Assembly: GCF_036321535.1 (NCBI RefSeq)
Contig: NC_087437.1
Location: 35,404,001-35,468,000, forward strand
DNA: 64,000 nucleotides
Direction: 5' to 3'
Source of the DNA: Camelus dromedarius
Taxonomy: Eukaryota
Position 1 is the first letter of the stretch. Every line of letters begins with the position of its first letter. Under the pieces are notes generated by a model, which was not told where the DNA came from, searched no databases, and saw only the letters and a program-made list of their open reading frames with translations. Of this stretch, positions 14,430 to 25,830 are shown one piece after another. The position numbers and the translations under genes are program-made.

Positions 14430-15249
14430 AAAGTACTTCCTAAAGTACTTAGGCAGGGAGAAGAGATAGGGCAGCAAGAGTTTATCCTATGTATTTTAGC
14501 CAAAATAAATATGAAAAACCAACATTCCAAACTCCAGAAAAGTGTCCTTTTCTGCACACTAGCAGTTGTAATTCTCTGCTTAACTGAAATCATAATGCGA
14601 TGAGGCAATTTTGATGTTCTGTATGGTTCATTAAAGCATAATTCTACTTCTATGAATTCTTGTACTCTTGCCCAAAGCAAGTTAAATATTTTTGTGGAAA
14701 CACAATCCTCACTGGTATTTCTTAGAGGTACTCTGTTTTACATAAGACAAGACATTTAACCAGTTGAATAAAATCTTAAATACAATACAATTCTGGTCCA
14801 ACATAATTGTTTAACACACTTCTGTTAGAACGCTATCTGATCCGATGCTCTGCAATGAAAACAAAGGAATATTCTATTTAACTTCCCTTTCCTTTATTAA
14901 GCAAAGACTCTCATTGAAAGTGTTGGATCATCTCTTAGAAAAATAGTTCTTGAAGTAGTAACAGCCAATAAGCAGCACTGAAAGTACATGGGAGTAGTTT
15001 CAGAGCAGAGGAGAACAGAGTCTACTCTGCTCTTGGACACTGATTAGTCCTTGAATCATGGCTGTGGGAGGGGGCCTGAGTTTTGCTATCTGGCCACCAG
15101 AACTGCTCCAAATTTCCAGCAAATTCCTTGTGGGATTTTTTGTTTTTAATCTACCACAACAGTGATAACACACTGGCCACTTTAAAGATGAGGCTCAGAG
15201 ATGGCAAGTAACTTGCTCTTAGAATAACGTTTAAAAGGATCTAAATCTT

Positions 15250-16970
15250 GAATTGTTTGAAGATGGCGGAGTAGAAGGACGCTCGCAGGTCACCCTCTCC
15301 CACAGATACACCAAGACCCACAACTACAGACCCACTCAGCCAACCAGAGCACCTGTGGAACTCCGACAGAACATCGCCCTCTTCAAAAGATAAAGACGCC
15401 AAAAATCTGGTAGGAGAAAAGGAAAAAAGAAAGAACAAAAGGCAAAGCAGCGCAGGACGGGTCCCGCGGGGAGGGAGCGGCAAAGGAGGACTGGCGCTCG
15501 CTCGCTGGGTCTCCCCTCTCCAACTGAGAGGCCAGCGGGACGGAGGGGGAGCCTCTGAGGCTCGGATCTGTACAGAGCAGCCCTTGACTAACAGAACTAA
15601 GTTAAACGGGCACAGAGCATCCCCCCGACACCCAGCCTGAGACGCAGGCCGGCAGCCGCGGGCAGGGCCGGGCTGCACGGAGGCAGTCCTGGGGGAACGC
15701 AAGGGGTTGCGCGCCGTGGCTGTGGGTGCACAGGGCAGAACAACCTGGGCCCTCCATAAAACAGCAAGGTTGATGTGCTCTCGGGGGAAGGGTGCACACC
15801 CCCATCTCTGAAAACCCACGGAAAGTTTTCGGGGGAAGAGAGGCGGGGCTCAGGCACAGCCGCCCTATCCTCCGCGCTGAGCACTCAGGCGGGGGCAGGG
15901 GCGAAACCTGCATCTGCACCGAAGGGCCCAGCAGCCTCAAAGGCCAGACTGAGACTGGCCTGCAGCCAGGGGCAGATAGGATCCTTCCATCCTGGTCCCT
16001 CAGAGAACTTGCTCCACAAAGACAAACAAGGAGCTGGGTTTTGGCTCGGAGCAGGGACAGGGCTGTCCCTCGGTCTTCCCGGAGCCCACCCGCAGGGCGC
16101 CGACCAGGGCGGGGCGCCGACCAGGGCGGGGCGCCGACCAGGGCGGGGCGCCGACCAGGGCGGGGCGCCGACCAGGGCGGGGCGCCGACCAGGGCGGGGC
16201 GCGCAGCCGCACAGAGAGCGGAGCTACCCGCAGCGGCGCAGGTAGAGCGAGAACGGCCCCCCGCGGTTCGGGCAGGAACACAGCCCCTGACCGAGGTGCT
16301 GGGAGGGGGCACGACCCGCCCTCCTACCCGGCCAGTCTGCAACATCTGACTGTGGCATCTGGAGGGGCAGCGACCCGCCCGCCCACAGCAGAGAGCTGCA
16401 CCTGACCCAGTGTTAGGAGGAGGCGCAATCGGCTTGCCGACAGGTGCTGGGAGCAGCACAGAAGAGGGCGCCAACGGAGGGCCTCTGAAAACAGCAAGCT
16501 GAGCTTCCAAAACAGGACGAAGACAGAAAGACTTCATTAAAAGCACACAGACTCCAGGAGAACACCGACAACCCCCCCCCCTTTTTTTTAATCTGTTTTT
16601 ACCTGTTCTATTTTCTATTACTCTCTTAACTTCTTAATTCATTTCTATTTCTCTTGGGTTTTGATGTCCTGCTATTGATTAGATACAGGTTTCAAATACA
16701 TCTATTCATCTCTCCCCCCCCTTTTTTTGTAAAGGTTTCAAAAGGACGTCTCAACCCGATTAATACCCTGCTTCAACTCACTCTTCTATTATTCATTATA
16801 CACTGTTTTCAAACCCTCTTTCTCCCTTCTTTTAAAATTCTTTCTCTCTCTCTCTTATTTTTTTTTTCTTTTTTTCCTAAGTTCTATTCCTAAATAGGCA
16901 TCAGATAGATAAAATCCTTAAGGACCAAAATAAACAACTGATACTCCATAAACCACAGTGCCAAAGAGGT
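15250..16970 (+). promoter_or_regulatory. L1 5'UTR internal Pol II promoter / CpG island with YY1 site
   Basis: AAGATGGCGG (YY1 consensus) at 15260-15269, ~10 nt from the element start as in other mammalian L1s; dense CpG from ~15260 to 16480. Confidence 0.85.
16095..16202 (+). repeat. 17-bp tandem repeat x6 (GGCGCCGACCAGGGCGG)
   Basis: GACCA recurs at 16102, 16119, 16136, 16153, 16170 and 16187; the units are identical. Confidence 0.95.
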
Positions 16971-17874
16971 ATGAGCAAGATGAAGAAGCAGAAAAACCTT
17001 TCCCAATTAAAAGAACAAGAGAAATCCCCTGAAAGAAAGATCAACGAAATAGACATCGATAGCCTACTAGATCAAGATTTCAAAAAAGGAGTGATCGAAT
17101 TGCTGAAGGAATTAAAAGAGATAGTGTTTAGAGATATAAAATATGTCAAAAATGAAATTGAAGCTATAAAGAAGAGCCAAGTAGAATGGGTAAACTCATT
17201 GACAGAGATGAGGAATGACCTAATAGCTGTGCAAAGCCGACTAGATAATGCAGAGGAACGAATTAGTGATCTAGAAGACAGGGCAATAGAAAGCACCCAT
17301 TCAGAAGAACTACAAGAGAAGCAAATAAAAAATAATGAAAATAGCATAAGGGACCTATGGGATAATATAAAGCGTCCCAATCTTCGCATAATAGGGGTCC
17401 CAGAAGGAGAAGAAAGATCAAAGGGGATTGAAAAGGTTTTTGAAGAAATCATGACTGAAAACTTCCCAAACTTAAAGAAGGAATCAGATATCCAAGTACA
17501 GGAAGCTCAGAGGGTCCCAAACAGGAAGAACCCAAATAGACCCACACCAAGACATATCATAATCAAGATGGCCAGAGTCAAGGATAAAGAAATGATTCTA
17601 AAGGCAGCAAGAGAAAAGCAAAGAGTAAGTTACAAGGGAACCCCCATAAGGCTCTCAGCTGATTTCTCTACACAAACACTACAGGCCAGAAGGGAGTGGC
17701 AAGATACATTCAAAGCCCTGAATGAAAAAAAGATGCAGCCTAGGATCCTTTATCCAGCAAGGCTATCCTTGAGGATAGAAGGAGAAATAAAGAGTTTCAC
17801 AGACAAAAAAAAAGCTGCAGGAGTTTAGCAACACTAAACCCATGCTAAAAGAAATATTGAAAGGGCTATTCTAA
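16971..17874 (+). CDS. L1 ORF1p (RNA-binding chaperone) with +1 frameshift near the C-terminus
   Basis: Coiled coil, then RRM/CTD motifs (NLRIIGVPE, ENFPNL, ARREW, YPARLS). The A9 run at 17805-17813 shifts the frame; with A8 it reads ...FTDKKKLQEFSNTKPMLKEILKGLF* to TAA at 17872-17874. Confidence 0.93.
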
Positions 17875-18278
17875 ATAGAAAAGCAGCAGGATGCTACAGA
17901 AATGAGAAACACACAACTGGAAAGGTGATAACTCATGAATTACAAATAAAGTAAACATGAAATTATGAAAGAAGACATACAAATCACTGAGAGTGGGAGA
18001 GGGAGGCAGGGAAATATAGAATATTTTTTTCTTTCTTTTTAAAATTTTTTTAACAGTAGGATGGGTTTGAGATCATGTTACTATCAGTTTAATAAAAACA
18101 GTTATAGTAATGGGTTGATAGATTTACAAAAAAGGGTAACCACAAGCCAAAAATTTACAAAGGAGTCACAAAAATTAAATAAAATCCATGATAATACAAA
18201 GGAAAATTACCAAACCACAAAAGGAAGAAGAAAGGAACAAAGAGGATATACCAATTCAACTGCAAAGATAAGTTCAAA

Positions 18279-21200
18279 ATGGCAATAAACACACATCTAT
18301 CATTAATTACTGTAAATGTTAATGGACTAAATGCTCCAGTCAAAAGACACAGAGTGGCAGACTGGGTAATAAAGCAAGAACCTTCAATATGCTGCATACA
18401 AGAGATGCACTTTAGGGAGAAGGACACATATAGGTTGAGAGTGAAAGGATGGAAAAGGATATTCCATGCAAATGGAAAAGCCAAAAAAGCAGGTGTTGCA
18501 GTACTGATTTCAGACAAAATAGACTTTAAAACAAAGGCCATAAAGAAAGATAAAGAAGGTCATTTTATAATGATTAAAGGAGTGATACAAGATGAGGATA
18601 TTACACTCGTTAATATATATGCACCCAATATAGGAGCACCAAAGTACATACAAGAATTACTAACAGAGATAAAGGGGGATATTGATGGGAATACAATCAT
18701 TGTTGGAGATTTTAACACTGCATTAACATCACTAGACAGGTCTTCCAGACAGAAAATAAACAAGGCAACAGAGAAATTAAATACTACAATAGAAAAACTA
18801 GATTTGGTGGATATTTTCAGAGCATTACACCCCCCAAAAATAGGATATACATTCTTTTCGAGTGCACATGGAACATTTTCCAGGATCGATCATGTACTTG
18901 GGCACAAAAGAAACCTCAGCAATTTGAAGAAGATAGAAATTATCTCAAACATCTTTACTGACCACAATGCCATGAAACTGGAAATCAACAACAGAGAAAC
19001 AAAGGAGAAAAAAAGGAAAGCATGGAGATTAAACAATATGTTATTGAAAAAACAATGGGTGAATGAGGAAATCAAAGCTGTAATTAAAAAATACCTTGAG
19101 ACAAATGATAATGAAAGCACAACCACTCAAAACCTATGGGACACAGCAAAGGCAGTACTAAGAGGGAAGTTTACAGCGATACAGGCCTTCCTCAAAAAAG
19201 AAGAACAATCTCAAATAAACAATTTAACCCACCACCTGAATGAATTAGAAAAAGAAGAACAAAAAGCCCCAAAAAGCAGCAGAAGGAAGGAAATAATAAA
19301 GATCAGAGAGGAATTAAATACAATAGAGATTAACAAGACCATAGAAAAAATCAACCAAACCCAAAGCTGGTTTTTTGAAAAAGTAAATAAAATCGACAAA
19401 CCTCTGGCCAAACTCACAAAGAAGAAAAAAGAGAGAGCACAAATTAGCAAAATAAGAAAGGAAAATGGAGAAATTACAACAAACAAAATAGAAATACTGA
19501 ATATCATACGAGAATATTATGAAAAACTATATGGAACCAAACTGGATAACCTAGAGGAGATGGACAAGTTTCTGGAAACATACTGTCCACCAAAACTGAA
19601 TCAAGAAGAATCTGAACACTTGAACAATCCGATCCCTAGAAAGGAAATAGAAATAGCAATTAAAAACCTCCCTACAAATAAAAGTCCAGGACCGGACGGC
19701 TTCACCAGGGAATTCTACCAAACATACAAAGAAGAACTCATACCAGTCCTTCTCAAACTCTTCCAGACGATTGAAAAGGAGGGAATACTCCCAAACTCAT
19801 TCTATGAAGCCACCATCACCCTGATACCAAAACCAGGCAAAGACACTACAAAAAAAGAGAATTATAGGCCAATATCACTGATGAACATAGACGCCAAAAT
19901 CCTCACCAAAATTTTAGCAAATAGAATCCAACACATAAAAAAGATTATACATCATGACCAAGTGGGGTTCATCCCAGGGACACAAGGCTGGTTCAACATA
20001 CGCAAATCAATCAGTGTAATACATCACATCAACAAGAGAAAGGACAAAAACCACATGATCATCTCAATCGATGCAGAAAAAGCATTTGGTAAAATTCAAC
20101 ACCCTGTTATGATAAAAACTCTCGCCAAAGTGGGTATAGAGGGAACATATCTCAACATAATAAAAGCTATATATGACAAACCTACAGCCAGCATAGTACT
20201 CAATGGTGAAAAACTCAAAAGCTTCCCACTAAAATCTGGGACAAGACAAGGATGCCCACTATCACCACTCCTATTCAACATAGTCCTGGAAGTCCTAGCC
20301 ACAGCAGTCAGGCAAGAGAAAGAAATAAAAGGGATCCAAATTGGAAAAGAAGAGGTAAAAGTGTCATTATATGCTGATGACATGTTACTATATATAGAAA
20401 ACCCTAAAAGGTCCACACAAAAGCTACTAGAGCTGATTGAAGAATTCAGCAAGGTAGCAGGTTACAAAATTAACATTCAAAAATCAGTTGCATTTCTTTA
20501 CACTAACGATAAATCAACAGAAGAAGAAAGTAAAGAAACAATCCCCTTTAAAATAGCACCCAAAGTAATAAAATATCTGGGAATAAATCTAACCAAGGAA
20601 GTGAAAGAATTATACACAGAAAACTATAAACCATTGATGAAGGAAATTAAAGAAGACTTTAAAAAATGGAAAGATATTCCATGCTCTTGGATTGGAAGAA
20701 TCAATATTGTTAAAATGGTCACACTGCCCAAGGCAATCTACAGATTTAATGCAATCCCTATCCAATTACCCAGGACATATTTCACAGAACTAGAAAAAAT
20801 CATAATAAAATTCATATGGAACCATCAAAGACCTAGAATTGCCAAAGCATTACTGAAGAGAAAGAAAGAGGCTGGAGGAATAACTCTCCCAGACTTCAGA
20901 CAATACTATAGAGCTACAGTTATCAAGACAGCATGGTATTGGTACCAAAACAGACATATAGACCAATGGAACAGAATAGAGAGCCCAGAAATGAACCCAC
21001 AAACTTTTGGTCAACTCATCTTTGACAAAGGAGGCAAGAATATACATTGGAATAAAGACAGTCTCTTCAGCAAATGGTGTTGGGAAAACTGGACAGCAGC
21101 ATGGAAAACAATGAAGCTAGAACACTCCCTTACACCATATACAAAAATCAACTCAAAATGGATTAAAGACTTAAACATAAGACAAGATACAATAAACCTC

Positions 21201-22073
21201 CTAGAGGAAAACATAGGCAAAACATTATCTGACATACATTTCAAAAATGTTCTCCTAGAAGAAATAAAAGCAAGAATAAACAAATGGGACCTAATGAAAC
21301 TTACAAACTTCTGCACAGCAAAGGAAACCAGAAATAAAACAAGAAGAAAACCTACGGAATGGGAGAAAATTTTTGCAAGTGAAACCGACAAAGGCTTGAT
21401 CTCCAGAATATATAAGCAGCTCATACGACTCAATAAGAAAAAAATCAACAACCCAATCCAAAAATGGGCAGAAGACCTAAACAAGCAATTCTCCAAGGAA
21501 GACATACAAATGATCAAAAAGCACATGAAAAAATGCTCCATATCACTAATTATCAGAGAAATGCAAATCAAAACTACAATGAGGTATCACCTCACACCAG
21601 TCAGAATGGCCGTCATTCAAAAATCCACAAATGACAAATGCTGGAGAGGCTGTGGAGAAAGGGGAACCCTCCTACACTGCTGGTGGGAATGCAGTTTGGT
21701 GCAGCCACTATGGAAAACAGTGTGGAGATTCCTCAAAAGACTAGGAATAGACTTACCATATGACCCAGGAATCCCACTCCTGGGCTTGTATCCAGAAGGA
21801 AATCTACTTCAGGATGACACCTGCACTCCAATGTTCATAGCAGCACTATTTACAATAGCCAAAACATGGAAACAACCTAAATGTCCATCAACAGGTGACT
21901 GGATAAAGCAGAAGTGGTATATTTATACAATGGAATACTACTCAGCCATAAAAACCGAGAACATAATGCCATTTGCAGCAACATGGATGCTCCTGGAGAA
22001 TGTCATTCTAAGTGAAGTAAGCCAGAAAGAGAAAGAAAAATACCATATGAGATCGCTCATATGTGGAATCTAA
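18279..22073 (+). CDS. L1 ORF2p (APE endonuclease - reverse transcriptase - CCHC), 1264 aa, open
   Basis: EN motifs (NVNGLN, QE, GDFN, RIDH, TDH), RT motifs ([19 protein letters not shown]), C-terminal CWRGC...HCWWEC. Confidence 0.97.
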   Translation: MAINTHLSLITVNVNGLNAPVKRHRVADWVIKQEPSICCIQEMHFREKDTYRLRVKGWKRIFHANGKAKKAGVAVLISDKIDFKTKAIKKDKEGHFIMIKGVIQDEDITLVNIYAPNIGAPKYIQELLTEIKGDIDGNTIIVGDFNTALTSLDRSSRQKINKATEKLNTTIEKLDLVDIFRALHPPKIGYTFFSSAHGTFSRIDHVLGHKRNLSNLKKIEIISNIFTDHNAMKLEINNRETKEKKRKAWRLNNMLLKKQWVNEEIKAVIKKYLETNDNESTTTQNLWDTAKAVLRGKFTAIQAFLKKEEQSQINNLTHHLNELEKEEQKAPKSSRRKEIIKIREELNTIEINKTIEKINQTQSWFFEKVNKIDKPLAKLTKKKKERAQISKIRKENGEITTNKIEILNIIREYYEKLYGTKLDNLEEMDKFLETYCPPKLNQEESEHLNNPIPRKEIEIAIKNLPTNKSPGPDGFTREFYQTYKEELIPVLLKLFQTIEKEGILPNSFYEATITLIPKPGKDTTKKENYRPISLMNIDAKILTKILANRIQHIKKIIHHDQVGFIPGTQGWFNIRKSISVIHHINKRKDKNHMIISIDAEKAFGKIQHPVMIKTLAKVGIEGTYLNIIKAIYDKPTASIVLNGEKLKSFPLKSGTRQGCPLSPLLFNIVLEVLATAVRQEKEIKGIQIGKEEVKVSLYADDMLLYIENPKRSTQKLLELIEEFSKVAGYKINIQKSVAFLYTNDKSTEEESKETIPFKIAPKVIKYLGINLTKEVKELYTENYKPLMKEIKEDFKKWKDIPCSWIGRINIVKMVTLPKAIYRFNAIPIQLPRTYFTELEKIIIKFIWNHQRPRIAKALLKRKKEAGGITLPDFRQYYRATVIKTAWYWYQNRHIDQWNRIESPEMNPQTFGQLIFDKGGKNIHWNKDSLFSKWCWENWTAAWKTMKLEHSLTPYTKINSKWIKDLNIRQDTINLLEENIGKTLSDIHFKNVLLEEIKARINKWDLMKLTNFCTAKETRNKTRRKPTEWEKIFASETDKGLISRIYKQLIRLNKKKINNPIQKWAEDLNKQFSKEDIQMIKKHMKKCSISLIIREMQIKTTMRYHLTPVRMAVIQKSTNDKCWRGCGERGTLLHCWWECSLVQPLWKTVWRFLKRLGIDLPYDPGIPLLGLYPEGNLLQDDTCTPMFIAALFTIAKTWKQPKCPSTGDWIKQKWYIYTMEYYSAIKTENIMPFAATWMLLENVILSEVSQKEKEKYHMRSLICGI

Positions 22074-24077
22074 AAAACAAAAACAAAAACAGACAAACAA
22101 ACAAAAACAAAGCGTAAATAAAGGACAGAAATAGACTCACAGACAGAGAATACAGACTTGTGGTTACCAGGGGGGTGGAGGGTGGGAAGGGATAGACTGG
22201 GATTTCAAAATTGTAGAATGGACTACACTGTATAGCACAGGGAAATATACACAAAATGTTATGATAACTCACAGATAAAAAAATGTGACAATGACTGTGT
22301 ATATGTCCATGAATAACTGAAAAATTGTGCTGAACAGTGGAATTTGACACAACATTGTAAAATGATTATAAATCAATAAAAACTGTTGAAAAAAAGGCAG
22401 AGATTATAAAGCAAAACCCAACTATCTTCTGAAAAAAAAAAAAAAAAAAAAGGATCTAAATCTTTTAGATTCTATATCAAAATTCTTTCCTTTTCCCCCG
22501 GATGCACTTTTAGGAATCCAAGCATATGATGAACAAATCTGCCTAGTGTTTGTTCTACAAAACAAATATTGATCTGGTAATTTTTCCTTTCAAAAAGTAT
22601 TTTCAAATGCGCTAAAAATCACCTGAGATCATTCCCGGACCTCTCTGGGGTAGTGTTATGATTTATATTATTTCCAAAAGGAGAAAATTGATGATAATAT
22701 GTGATGTGTGAGAGTTCTTGTTTAAATTATTTTCACCCTCAACACCTCCTTTTCAAAAAGTAAAATGAGTGAAATTTTTATTTGTAAAAGGTTAAAGATG
22801 AATGAAAATATATGGAGCATTTGCAGCAACTTAGTCTTGATGAACCTAGAAGACGTTAGTTGTATGACCTCAGCTATACAATTTAAGTTCTTAGTCTGAG
22901 TCCCTCTCTTTATGACTATTTGAAACTAACTCCAAGAAATATTTTGTTATCTCCCCAAATCCATTCATTGACTAATTTTTTTCTTTCAAATTACTTATAA
23001 TGTACCCCTTTCTTCAGAGCAAAGAGTCTATTATGGTGATTGAATGCTTGCTTATCCAGACTGAGATGCTATGAGGGCACAGAGAATGCAATCTGTTGGC
23101 GACCTGAAATTAAAAAAAAAAATCTTAGATTGTAAAGAGTTCTGGTACTGTTGAGAGCCATATTCATCTGAATGGAGATTTTTTTCTTAATCTCCTCTTA
23201 TGTGGTTGGACACACAATTTAACATTTCTGGTATTGCCTGTGTGTATGACAGTGAAGTGGAATGAGATGAAAATTTGAAGCAAATATGCCTAACAGACTG
23301 ATTATTTGTCTTTCCTAGGCCTTGAATTTAGGCAAAACAACTTTTCTAAATTCCAAGGACTGACATCAAAGAGTTAATGAAGTCATTACCATAATTATTC
23401 ATCTTCCTAAAGTGAAGATAAGCAGGAGGCCACTTCAATTGTCAAAATTAACTGAAGCATCAATCAAAAGCTCATAGATTTTGAGATAATTCTGTATTTA
23501 AACTCAATTTAGTTTCCACAGGGGGACTCTAACCTGCCTAGGAGGCTTAATTAGGCTAACTGCCTGAAAAACAGCATAAAACATATGGGTGGGTTCCTAT
23601 TCAAAACTGGTTTTATGAGCATTCTCATAGCTCTTACAGAAATGAATGAACTTTCGGGGATCTTCAACTAAGCCTTCTGTTTAGTAATTCCATAAGGGGA
23701 ATAGAAACAGCTTGGAAAGAACTGACCTTTTTAAAGTGGTCTTTATATTGTGCTTTGCTGTTTTTATATCATGATTTGAACTCTATCATGAAGTCTGAGA
23801 GCCCAGGAGGGGCAGAATACATTCAAGCGGTGTTTTTAAAGCTTCAGATCAAAACTGAAACTTCCAGGTCTCCAAAGGAATGCCACCCTGCCCTTGTATC
23901 TCCTGAAAATTTCAATAGATCAATTATTTATTAAGCATTCATACATAAAGTCCCAGGGAATATAGAGATAAGTTAAATACCATTTCTATCCTCAAGAATC
24001 TTAATCAGAGTAACAGATACATGCAGAGTCAATTATAACAAATATTAGACTATAGTGAGCACTAAAGATATAAATAA

Positions 24078-24282
24078 CTACCATATACAAAAGTAGATAA
24101 ACAAGGGCTTACTCTATAGCACAGGGAACTACATTCAGTGTCTTGTAATGGCCTATAATGAAAAATAATATGAAAAATAATATATATATGTACAAATGAA
24201 TCACTATGCTGTACACCAGAAAGTAACACAACATTGTAAATTGACTATACTTCAATAAAAAATAATAATACAATAATAAAAA
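24078..24282 (+). mobile_element. Short 3' L1 fragment with TSD
   Basis: L1 3'UTR text (TATAGCACAGGGAACTAC...ACAACATTGTAAATTGACTATACTTCAATAAA); TSD AAAGATATAAATAA at 24064-24077 and 24283-24296. Confidence 0.88.
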
Positions 24283-24398
24283 AAAGATATAAATAAACAG
24301 AAGTGAGAGCATAAGGTAAGGAGTGACTAATTCTGCCTGATGAGATCGGTGAGGGCTTTGCTGAAAGTGACCTTGGTAGTTGGGTTTTGTGGACACAC

Positions 24399-24774
24399 TG
24401 CAGAAACGGAACAGACCCCCACCCAAAACTTGGATCAGATGTCAGGACTGAGATATACACAGAGGGTATGAAAATTTTTATTGCTTATATAATGAGGCTT
24501 TTGGGGGAGAGCAGAGCAGGCTTTCTGAGAAAATGGCTTGTGAGAGCAAGGAAGGGAGACATGTGGGGTTTTCATTGTGGTTGGGGGGTGGGGCTGGACT
24601 GAGTGTAGCTGCACAGAGTAGGGGCTGGTATAGCTTGAATGTCCTGCTGGCACTGGAGAGAAGGGCACCCAGGCTTCCTTATCAGCTTTCTTAGATGAAG
24701 GTCACAAGGGCAGGAGGGAAGTGAAAAGCTGTCAGCCATCCAACATCAAAAATAGAGTCAGATTCTTTATTCCA
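24399..24774 (-). mobile_element. Probable solo LTR (ERV1-like)
   Basis: TG...CA ends; - strand start AATAAAGAATCTGACTCTATTTTTGATG; AATAAA on the - strand near 24475-24482; no clean TSD. Confidence 0.55.
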
Positions 24775-25673
24775 GCGAGGTTCCTCTGGATTCCATTCTA
24801 TGGGGGCACCGAGAAAATACTCCATCATTTTTCTCTTATTTGAAAGTTAAAGGAAAGGTTTCAGACAGCTTGCTATGGTAAGACAAAACAAAACAAAAGA
24901 CTTTTAGCCTTCTCAGCCCTTCAGCTGTTATATCACAGGCTGTGTATTTCTAGAACATCCAGGCCAACCATCTTCACCCTGCTTCAAATCTGTCCCGTGG
25001 GGCTGCACCCCAACACTGTCTGCCCCATCCTCCACCTCACCTCCTGCTGTCACCACTTATTCCCTGGACATCCCTAGTTCACCAAGAAATGGTACTCATT
25101 TGTGGTCTGCCTTTACATACCACTTCCTGCCACTACTCCAGGAAATGTTCACTTCATGAGGCCATGACACCTCCAACACCTGAGCATAAGGACCTTCTGG
25201 TTCCCTGAACTCCGAAGACCTTCCCTTCATCACAGTTCAGGTATCCATTGCCCAGGGGCCACTCTGGATGTTGGCAACCCCCAATGTGTGCATCATGAGA
25301 TCTTACAGCCGGAGCTGTAAGCTCTGACCACACCCCTTGTCTCGACATTGCTCAGTCTCTTACTTCTTGGAAGTCTGCTCTGGGGTTCTCTTTGGCCTCT
25401 CTATTTCCTTTCCTCCTCACCTGTCACTTCCCCTCTAATTTAGCCTGTACAATCTAAAACATCCTTTTCATGAATTCATTCATTAACTGCTATTTATTTG
25501 GGCACCTATCAAGTGCAGTCACTGTTTAGACACCAGAAATATGATATTTTAAATAAATACATTTAACTTTCATGATGATATTTACATATTAGAGAAAGAA
25601 GGCAGATAATAAGTAGATAAACAAGCAGATTTATAATATGTCAGAATGTGATAAGAACTATCAAAAAATACAA

Positions 25674-25830
25674 GGGGGGAGGGTATAGCTCAGTGGTAGA
25701 ATACGTGCTTTTTAGCATGCATGAGGTCCTGGCTTCAATCCCCGGTACATTCCATTAAAAAAATTAAACAAACTTAATAACCCCCTCCCCCCACCAAAAA
25801 AAGAAAAAGAAGAAAGAAAAAAAGAGAAAA
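25674..25830 (+). mobile_element. tRNA-derived SINE (Vic-1-like)
   Basis: GGGGGAGGGTATAGCTCAGTGGTAGA...GAGGTCCTGGCTTCAATCCCC; A-rich tail. Confidence 0.9.

Larger units (their letters stand above)
15250..22451 (+). mobile_element. Full-length young LINE-1 (~7.2 kb) with poly(A) tail and 17-bp TSD
   Basis: TSD AAAAGGATCTAAATCTT at 15233-15249 and 22448-22464, preceded by TT (TT/AAAA endonuclease site); CpG-rich 5'UTR, ORF1, ORF2, 3'UTR, A-tail. Confidence 0.98.

Noticed and set aside
16095..16202. CRISPR-like or other prokaryotic array
   Set aside because: Head-to-tail repeats without spacers inside a mammalian L1; nothing prokaryotic in the window.
15241..16546. Long ORFs in the L1 5'UTR (314 aa and 192 aa antisense; 156 and 185 aa sense), ORF0-like candidates
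   Set aside because: Non-ATG starts in very GC-rich sequence with a tandem repeat, where stop codons are scarce; no recognisable domain.
17072..22350. Hydrophobic antisense ORFs opposite L1 ORF1/ORF2
   Set aside because: Expected shadow ORFs from the A-rich L1 sense strand.
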